A stretch of 5,287 nucleotides of DNA from contig CAYXWT010000001.1 in the NCBI GenBank assembly GCA_964468895.1, forward strand, positions 50,923 to 56,209, given 5' to 3'. Each line of letters starts with the position of its first letter. The stretch's first letter is position 1. A program made the position numbers and the translations under genes. Below, piece after piece: positions 1 to 5,210 of this stretch. The stretch comes from an uncultured archaeon. GTDB taxonomy: Archaea > Iainarchaeota > Iainarchaeia > Iainarchaeales > CSSED10-239. The notes beneath the pieces were generated by a model, which worked only from the letters and a program-made list of their open reading frames with translations, searched no databases and had not been told where the DNA came from.

Positions 1-816
1 ACTTGTTGTGCTGTTGCACTTGCTAAAGAATTATTTAAAGATGGATTTAATCAAGATTTTTTAGAATTAAATGCTTCTGATGAAAGAGGTATTGGTGTTG
101 TAAGAGGGGCTATTAAAGATTTTGCCAGAACAATTCCTTTAAGTGCAGATTTTAAAATAATATTTTTAGATGAAGCTGATGCTTTAACTACTGAAGCTCA
201 ACAAGCGTTAAGAAGAACTATGGAAAAATATACTCATACTGTGAGATTTATTTTAAATGCAAATTATTCTTCAAAATTAATTGGACCTATTCAAAGTAGA
301 TGTTCTTTATTTAAATTTAAACCTTTAAAGAATTTAGAAATTGAAGAAAGAATAAAATATATTGTTGAAAAAGAAAACTTAAATATTACTGATGATGCAA
401 TTAAAGCAATTAATGAAGTTTGTGAAGGGGATATGAGAGTTGCAGTTAATTTATTACAAGCAGCATCATCTACTTCTAATGAAGTTAAAAAAGAAGATAT
501 TTACGTTGTTTCAAATTCTGCACAACCTAAAGATATTGAAAATTTAATAGATTTTTGTTTAGAAAGTAATTTTTTAAAAGCAAGAGATTCTTTATTTACT
601 TTACTTTTTGATCATGGTTTAAGTGGAGAAGATGTAGTTTCTCAAATTTATAAAAAAATAATGTATTATCCTGAAGATAAAATTTCTTTAAAAAATAAAT
701 TAAAAATTATTGATAAAATTGCAGAAATTAATTATAGATTAGTAGAAGGTGCAAATGATAGAATTCAACTTGAAGCTTTACTTGCACAATTAATAGCTAT
801 TAATTTGGATTTATAA
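1..816 (+). CDS. rfcS: Replication factor C small subunit (clamp-loader AAA+ ATPase), 5'-truncated at the window edge
   Basis: Frame 1 is open from nt 1, so the ORF-track Met at 220 is internal. Translation from nt 1 reads TCCAVALAKELFKDGFNQDFLELNASDERGIGVVRGAIKDFARTIPLSADFKIIFLDEADALTTEAQQALRRTMEKY... RFC-box hallmarks are present: LELNASDERGI, Walker B DEAD (169-180), the SRC motif in QSRCSLFKF (295-303), sensor-2 GDMR (427-438), and a C-terminal helical collar ending ...NDRIQLEALLAQL. Stop TAA at 814-816. No intein-like insertion in the visible part. Confidence 0.93.
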   Translation, partial: TCCAVALAKELFKDGFNQDFLELNASDERGIGVVRGAIKDFARTIPLSADFKIIFLDEADALTTEAQQALRRTMEKYTHTVRFILNANYSSKLIGPIQSRCSLFKFKPLKNLEIEERIKYIVEKENLNITDDAIKAINEVCEGDMRVAVNLLQAASSTSNEVKKEDIYVVSNSAQPKDIENLIDFCLESNFLKARDSLFTLLFDHGLSGEDVVSQIYKKIMYYPEDKISLKNKLKIIDKIAEINYRLVEGANDRIQLEALLAQLIAINLDL

Positions 817-821
817 GGTGA
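817..821 (+). promoter_or_regulatory. Shine-Dalgarno-like GGTGA serving the TTG start of the ATPase gene
   Basis: GGTGA begins immediately after the rfcS stop codon and sits 6 nt upstream of TTG 828. It matches part of the archaeal anti-SD complement AGGAGGTGATC. An in-frame TGA (819-821) closes the frame just upstream, so TTG 828 is the first canonical start. Confidence 0.6.
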
Positions 822-827
822 ATAATT

Positions 828-2723
828 TTGGACTCTTATGTTGAAGAATTGAAAAAACAAATTCAAGATGCTAGAGATAAAGCATTAAATAAATTAAGTA
901 GTGATAAAGTAGTTAAAGATGATTCTAATAAAAATAATGGTGAAGAAATTAATTTAAATTCTGAAGATATTAAGAATGCTGATTTTCCAAAAAATAAAGT
1001 TGAAGATAAAAGTAATGATGTTTCTAGTACTAATTTAGAATCTGATAAATTAGTAACTTTAAAAGAAACATTTAATAAAAATAATTCTAATAAAAATACA
1101 ATAAATAGTAATTCTAATAATAATATTTCTAATTTTAATGATAGTAATAATACAAATAAAGGTGATAATAATACTTCGTCAAAATCAGAATTGGTAAATA
1201 AATTATCTTTGGAAAAAATAAAGGAAGCTACACAAAAAGATGAAAATGATGACAATTTAGAAAAAAGTTGGACACAAAAGGCACATTTAGTTACAAAGTA
1301 TGGAGAAGTTGAAATATATAGAGTAGAAGGCGAATTATTATTACATTATAGAATTCCTACTCCAAAACCAAGTCCAAGTCAAAAATTAATTATTAATACT
1401 CTTAAAGAGGCTACGACTAGATTAATAACTAGTGATCCTTATAAAATTAGAGATCCTTTACAAAGAAAAAATATTTATTATCAAAAAGTTATAGATATAT
1501 TAGAAAATGCTCCTGAAATAAATATACCTAAACATTTATTTGATTTTTATGCTAATACAGTTGTTAAAGAAATGGTAGGTTATGGAGTTATAGAACCTCT
1601 TTTAAGTGATGATAAACTTGAAGAAATAATGATAGTAGGCCCTAATAAACCAACTTATATTTATCATGTTGATTTTGGAATGATGAGTACTAATATTGTT
1701 TTTTATTCTGATGATCAAATATATGAAATTATAGATAAAATTTCTAGAACTGTTGGTAGAAGATTAGATATTTCTAATCCGCTTTTAGATGCTAGATTAC
1801 CAGATGGATCTCGTGTTAATGCTACTATTATGCCTGCTTCAATTGATGGTGCAACTTTAACTATTAGAAAATTTAAAAAAGATCCTTATACAATAGTGGA
1901 TTTAATAAATAGTGATACTTTAAATTATGAAACGGCTGCTTTTTTATGGTCTATTGTAGAAGGTTTTAATGGTGCAAAACCAGCAAATATTCTTATATCT
2001 GGTGGTACTAGTTCTGGAAAAACAACTACCTTAAATGTTTTAGCTAATTTTATTTCTGAATCTGATAGAATTTTAACTATTGAAGATACTGCTGAATTAA
2101 GATTACCTTTAAAGCATTTAATTCGTTTTGAAGGAAGACCACCTGGATTAGAGGGAACTGGTGAATTAAGTTTAGATATTCTTGTTAAAAATAGTTTGAG
2201 AATGAGACCTGATAGAATAATAGTTGGTGAAATTAGACATAAAGAAGCTTTGTCATTATTTACAGCTATGAATACAGGTCATGATGGATGTATGGGTACT
2301 GTCCATGCTAATAGTGCTAGAGAGACACTAGTTAGAATTACAGCTCCACCTATGGATGTTCCTATGTTAATGCTTGCAGGTCTAGATTTTATTATTGTAC
2401 AAAAAAGATTAAATACAGATAAAGGAAGTGTTAGAAGAATTGTTTCTATTGCTGAAATAACAGGTGTGTTAGAAAATAAACCACAAGCAAATATTATTTT
2501 TAAATGGAACCCTAAAACTGATGCTTTAGAAAGAACTGAACATCCTATAGAATATTTTGATATAATTAAAGATTTTAGTAAATTATCTGATGAAGATATA
2601 AAAAATTTAATACAAGATAGAATTAAAGTTCTTGAAAATTTAGTTGCTAAAAATATAAGAGATATTGAAAGTGTTTCTAAAAAAGTTCAAGAAACTTATA
2701 TTAGTCAAAAAAATAAAAATTAA
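828..2723 (+). CDS. Archaeal type IV pilus/secretion ATPase (GspE/VirB11 superfamily, FlaI/PilB/TadA-like) with a long low-complexity N-terminal extension
   Basis: 631-aa ORF with TTG start and stop TAA at 2721-2723. Walker A GGTSSGKTT (2001-2027), Asp box ILTIEDTAELRL (2070-2105), Walker B RPDRIIVGEIR (2205-2237), His box TGHDGCMGTVHAN (2274-2312). The N-terminal domain pattern YRVEGELLLHYRIPTPKPSPSQKLIINTLKEA and the C-terminal tail ...RIKVLENLVAKNIRDIESVSKKVQETY are typical of archaeal FlaI/PilB-type ATPases. There is no tetracysteine Zn motif of the bacterial GspE/PilB type. The next in-frame Met is far inside the conserved core (KEMVGYG), so an upstream non-ATG start is required. Confidence 0.9.
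   Translation: MDSYVEELKKQIQDARDKALNKLSSDKVVKDDSNKNNGEEINLNSEDIKNADFPKNKVEDKSNDVSSTNLESDKLVTLKETFNKNNSNKNTINSNSNNNISNFNDSNNTNKGDNNTSSKSELVNKLSLEKIKEATQKDENDDNLEKSWTQKAHLVTKYGEVEIYRVEGELLLHYRIPTPKPSPSQKLIINTLKEATTRLITSDPYKIRDPLQRKNIYYQKVIDILENAPEINIPKHLFDFYANTVVKEMVGYGVIEPLLSDDKLEEIMIVGPNKPTYIYHVDFGMMSTNIVFYSDDQIYEIIDKISRTVGRRLDISNPLLDARLPDGSRVNATIMPASIDGATLTIRKFKKDPYTIVDLINSDTLNYETAAFLWSIVEGFNGAKPANILISGGTSSGKTTTLNVLANFISESDRILTIEDTAELRLPLKHLIRFEGRPPGLEGTGELSLDILVKNSLRMRPDRIIVGEIRHKEALSLFTAMNTGHDGCMGTVHANSARETLVRITAPPMDVPMLMLAGLDFIIVQKRLNTDKGSVRRIVSIAEITGVLENKPQANIIFKWNPKTDALERTEHPIEYFDIIKDFSKLSDEDIKNLIQDRIKVLENLVAKNIRDIESVSKKVQETYISQKNKN
1074..1178 (+). repeat. Asn-rich low-complexity coding tract (AAT/AAA/AGT-dominated) inside the ATPase N-terminal extension
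   Basis: Encodes NKNNSNKNTINSNSNNNISNFNDSNNTNKGDNNTS. It contains an exact 12-nt direct repeat, taattctaataa, at 1082-1093 and 1109-1120, offset by 27 nt and therefore in frame. The reading frame stays open throughout. Confidence 0.7.
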
Positions 2724-2752
2724 TATCTAAATAAATTTAATTTGAATATAAA

Positions 2753-3910
2753 ATGGATTCGAAAAATTCAAAAAAGCTAGAAATTTTAAAAAAAGAAGTT
2801 TATAAAACTAAAGATGATAATGATGGCTTAAATGTAGATTTAGATGCTGTACAAAATATAGTTACAAAAATGAAAAAGAAAAGTTCTGCACAAGGGATAT
2901 CATCTAATGTTTCTGAAGGTCATTTAAAAGAATTAAGAGATATAATTTCTGAAGGTAAGTTAGCAAAATTAAATGTTGATACTGAAGCTAAATTAATTGG
3001 TTCTTCAGAATCTAAATTTGATAAACAATTAGCAAGATTATATAAACCATTTAAAAAAATTATTAATTGGATGGTAAAACTGGTTTTAAATAATAAACTT
3101 GGTAAAAGTATTGCTTTTAATTTATATTCTGCAAATATAAAAAGAAGTTTAGTACAGCATCTTGTTTTATCAATTATATTTTCTTTAATAATTTCCTTAT
3201 TTGTTACTGCATTAGCTGCAATTATTTTTACATTTGTAAATCTTTTATTATTGGTAACACTTCCGTTTATATTAGTGGGGTTATTTGTTATTTTTTTTAT
3301 AGTTTTAGCTTATGTCATACCTTTACAAAAAGCAAATAAAAGAGGTATTTTAATAGATATTGAATTACCATTTGCGCTAAGACATCTTGCAACTGAATTA
3401 CAAGCAGGTATTGGATTATATAAAACAATTGAATCTTTAGCTAAAAATGATTATGGTGTTTTATCTAATGAAATTAGTAGAACTGTTTTAGAAATAGAAA
3501 ATGGTACAGATACTAAAACTGCTTTAAGACATACAGCTATTAGAAGTAAATCTAAAAATTTTAATATTGCATTGTTTCATATTATTAGAACCTTAAATAC
3601 AGGTGGTAATTTAGCAGAAAGTATTAATAGTGTTGCTGATAATGTATCTTTTGAATTAATGGAATCTGCAAAAATATTTGGAGAAAAAATGAATTTCTTT
3701 GGAATTATTTTTATATTTATGGCAATTGTTTTGCCTGTATTTATTGCAGTTCTAGCTGCTATTGCTAATGCACCTATTAGTCAAGATGGCACTGCATTTT
3801 TACCTGGTATTATGAGCCCTACTTTGTTAGGTATTATATATTGTTTAATAATGCCAATTTTGTTTGTTTGTATAATATATTATATTAAAATGATTGAGCC
3901 AAAAACTTAG
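2753..3910 (+). CDS. Pilus platform membrane protein 1, single T2SF/GspF-like domain (TadB-like; resembles one half of FlaJ/PilC)
   Basis: ATG 2753, stop TAG 3908-3910, 385 aa. A hydrophilic N-terminal region of ~95-130 aa is followed by two adjacent TM helices (about aa 136-190, LVLSIIFSLIISLFVTALAAIIFTFV and LLLLVTLPFILVGLFVIFFIVLAYVI). Next comes a cytoplasmic helical domain with a T2SF-like pattern (aa ~200-310, nt ~3350-3680: ELPFALRHLATELQAGIGLYKTIESLA...VLEIENGTDTKTAL...IIRTLNTGGNLAESINSVAD), then two more TM helices. It lies 29 nt downstream of the ATPase gene. No clear SD. Confidence 0.8.
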   Translation: MDSKNSKKLEILKKEVYKTKDDNDGLNVDLDAVQNIVTKMKKKSSAQGISSNVSEGHLKELRDIISEGKLAKLNVDTEAKLIGSSESKFDKQLARLYKPFKKIINWMVKLVLNNKLGKSIAFNLYSANIKRSLVQHLVLSIIFSLIISLFVTALAAIIFTFVNLLLLVTLPFILVGLFVIFFIVLAYVIPLQKANKRGILIDIELPFALRHLATELQAGIGLYKTIESLAKNDYGVLSNEISRTVLEIENGTDTKTALRHTAIRSKSKNFNIALFHIIRTLNTGGNLAESINSVADNVSFELMESAKIFGEKMNFFGIIFIFMAIVLPVFIAVLAAIANAPISQDGTAFLPGIMSPTLLGIIYCLIMPILFVCIIYYIKMIEPKT

Positions 3911-3934
3911 AAAAATTAAAAATTTGTGAAATTT

Positions 3935-4831
3935 ATGTCAAAATTATTAGATCAATATCAAATTTATTTGTATTCTCAGAAAATAAAAGTACCAGCATTA
4001 TATTGGATATTAGCTTTTATAATAATTTCTTTAATTTTTGGTTTATTAGTTGGACTATTATCTATTAAATTTGGAATTTTAGTTTTCGCTGTAATTTTAG
4101 ATTTAGGTATTGGTATACCTATATTTTTATATGATAAACATATTAATCTTATTGAAAAATACTGGCCAAGTGCTTTAAGATTAATAGCTGATACTATGAA
4201 ATCAGGATCTTCTTTTGATTATGCACTTAGAGAAGCAAGTGCAGCAGATTTTGGGCCTTTATCTATTGAATTTAATGAAGTTTTAAGAAGATTAGAAATG
4301 GGTGATACTACTCAAGATGCTTTAAGTCATTTATCTTTAAGAGTAGATTCTAGAATAGTTAGAAGAACTATAACTTTAATTAAAGAATGTTTAAGAACTG
4401 GTGCTCAACTTTCAGAAGTTTTAAATGAAATTGCAAATGATACTAAATATCAATTTAGAATTAAAAGAGAAAGAATTACAAAAACAATGTTACAAGTAAT
4501 ATTTATTTTTGCAGCTGGAGCAGTAATAGCTCCTTTTATTTTTGGACTAACTAGTATAATTACTAAATTTTTAATAAGTGTAGCTGTAAGTTCAGGAATT
4601 GCAACTGGGGATGCGATAATTGCAGCTGAGTCTTCACAAAATGCTATTAGTCTTTTATTAGATATTTATGTTGCTTTAGAAGTTTTAGCAGCAGCTGCTA
4701 TTGTTTCATTAATGAGAGATGGAAAAGTCACAAATATGTTTATATTTTTTCCAGCAATGATATCAGTAGCTTATACAATTTATTCTATATCTCAATTAAT
4801 ACTTACAAGTTTACTTGGAGGAATGGTGTAG
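3935..4831 (+). CDS. Pilus platform membrane protein 2, single T2SF/GspF-like domain (TadC-like)
   Basis: Stop TAG at 4829-4831. The ORF track starts at GTG 3926 (301 aa). I prefer ATG 3935 (298 aa), because GTGA (3926-3929) followed by 5 nt and ATG looks like a partial SD, the same arrangement seen at 4845-4856. Two N-terminal TM helices (ALYWILAFIIISLIFGLLVGLLSI and GILVFAVILDLGIGIPIFLY). Then a T2SF-like cytoplasmic domain (nt ~4151-4540: YWPSALRLIADTMKSGSSFDYALREA...VLRRLEMGDTTQDAL...IKECLRTGAQLSEVLNEIAND), followed by further TM helices. Confidence 0.8.
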   Translation: MSKLLDQYQIYLYSQKIKVPALYWILAFIIISLIFGLLVGLLSIKFGILVFAVILDLGIGIPIFLYDKHINLIEKYWPSALRLIADTMKSGSSFDYALREASAADFGPLSIEFNEVLRRLEMGDTTQDALSHLSLRVDSRIVRRTITLIKECLRTGAQLSEVLNEIANDTKYQFRIKRERITKTMLQVIFIFAAGAVIAPFIFGLTSIITKFLISVAVSSGIATGDAIIAAESSQNAISLLLDIYVALEVLAAAAIVSLMRDGKVTNMFIFFPAMISVAYTIYSISQLILTSLLGGMV

Positions 4832-4853
4832 TTATATTTAAAGAGTGATAATT

Positions 4854-5069
4854 ATGTTATTAAAAAAATTAATAAATAAAAATCTTTTAAAAAAATTTAA
4901 CCAAATAGTATTTGATAAAAGAGCACAAGTTTCAGTTGAATTTTTATTAATACTTGGAATATTAATTTTAGGTGCAATAGTAGTTGGATATTATTTAAAA
5001 CAAACAGCTGTTAAAAATGCAAACAAATCTAAAGATTTACAAAGAATAAGTCGAAGCTCAAAAAGTTAG
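4854..5069 (+). CDS. Small class III signal peptide protein (PF04021/DUF361-type archaeal type IV pilin-like, Flp-sized)
   Basis: 71 aa from ATG 4854; the ORF track gives GTG 4845 and 74 aa. Stop TAG at 5067-5069. The motif KRA|QVSVEFLLI matches the class III signal QxSxExxx[LI], with Q at 4926-4928, and is followed by the hydrophobic helix LGILILGAIVVGYY. It lies 22 nt downstream of the platform genes. Confidence 0.75.
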   Translation: MLLKKLINKNLLKKFNQIVFDKRAQVSVEFLLILGILILGAIVVGYYLKQTAVKNANKSKDLQRISRSSKS

Positions 5070-5070
5070 T

Positions 5071-5124
5071 TTTATATAGATGATGATCAGCTTGTTAGCT
5101 ATCCTAAAACATAAGCTTTATAAA
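5071..5124 (+). promoter_or_regulatory. Candidate archaeal promoter region for the downstream pilin gene (TATA-like boxes)
   Basis: TTTATATA at 5071-5078 matches the methanogen box-A/TATA consensus and is preceded by an A-rich BRE-like AAAAAGT. TTTATAAA lies at 5117-5124 and TTATATAA at 5134-5141. These sit in the only long non-coding gap of the window (141 nt). TATA-like strings are frequent in DNA this AT-rich, so which one is used, if any, is unknown. Confidence 0.35.
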
Positions 5125-5157
5125 CATATATTACTTATATAACATATTAAAACTATG

Positions 5158-5173
5158 TTTTTAATATTAAAAA
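5158..5173. repeat. Perfect 16-bp AT-only palindrome TTTTTAATATTAAAAA in the pilin upstream region
   Basis: Read directly: 5158-5165 TTTTTAAT is the reverse complement of 5166-5173 ATTAAAAA. It lies 38-53 nt upstream of ATG 5211 and downstream of the TATA-like boxes. Its T5 run could also act as an archaeal oligo-T termination signal. Confidence 0.4.
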
Positions 5174-5198
5174 ACAAAAAATTAAATTTTAGAAATAC

Positions 5199-5203
5199 GG
5201 AGG
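5199..5203 (+). promoter_or_regulatory. Strong Shine-Dalgarno GGAGG for the second pilin gene
   Basis: cGGAGGaataaaaATG: GGAGG sits 7 nt upstream of ATG 5211. This is the best SD match in the window. Confidence 0.7.
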
Positions 5204-5210
5204 AATAAAA

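Noticed and set aside
220-816. ORF-track start of the first gene at Met 220
   Set aside because: The frame is open back to nt 1. The upstream translation contains the RFC motifs LELNASDERG and Walker B DEAD, so Met 220 (in RRTMEKY) is internal and the gene is truncated by the window edge.
808-842. TATA-like TTTATAA (810-816) overlapping the rfcS stop, and ATG 838 as an alternative ATPase start
   Set aside because: A TATA box here would place the TSS downstream of the SD and the TTG start. ATG 838 is in a different frame and terminates after 4 codons (atg ttg aag aat tga).
1161-1211. Internal GGTGA (1161-1165) and in-frame TTG codons (1191, 1209) as a shorter ATPase start
   Set aside because: No start codon lies 5-10 nt after the internal GGTGA. 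The two TTGs lack SD motifs. The upstream 120 codons remain open despite a stop-prone composition. This is kept as an alternative in the finding but is not the preferred model.
863-1255. 130-aa antisense ORF (- strand) overlapping the 5' part of the ATPase gene
   Set aside because: It is the mirror image of the AAT/AAA/GAA-rich sense tract, giving a Leu/Ser/Phe-rich low-complexity translation (LLLSLKLEILLLELLF...). It has no start context or SD and no recognisable domain. The sense frame is continuous with a well-supported ATPase. This is a compositional artefact.
4500-4720. Recurring GCAGCTG/GCAGCAGCTGCT strings in the second platform gene
   Set aside because: They encode Ala-rich transmembrane segments (FAAGAVIAP, IIAAESS, LAAAAIV). 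They are explained by amino-acid composition and are not an independent DNA repeat element.
5089-5100. AGCT-tgtt-AGCT mini-hairpin after the first pilin gene as a terminator
   Set aside because: The stem is only 4 bp and the flanks do not extend the pairing. Archaeal termination relies mainly on oligo-T tracts rather than such hairpins.
5080-5142. 20-codon micro-ORF MMISLLAILKHKLYKHILLI in the pilin upstream gap
   Set aside because: It has no SD, it overlaps the candidate TATA boxes, and such short ORFs arise readily by chance. Only translation data could revive it.
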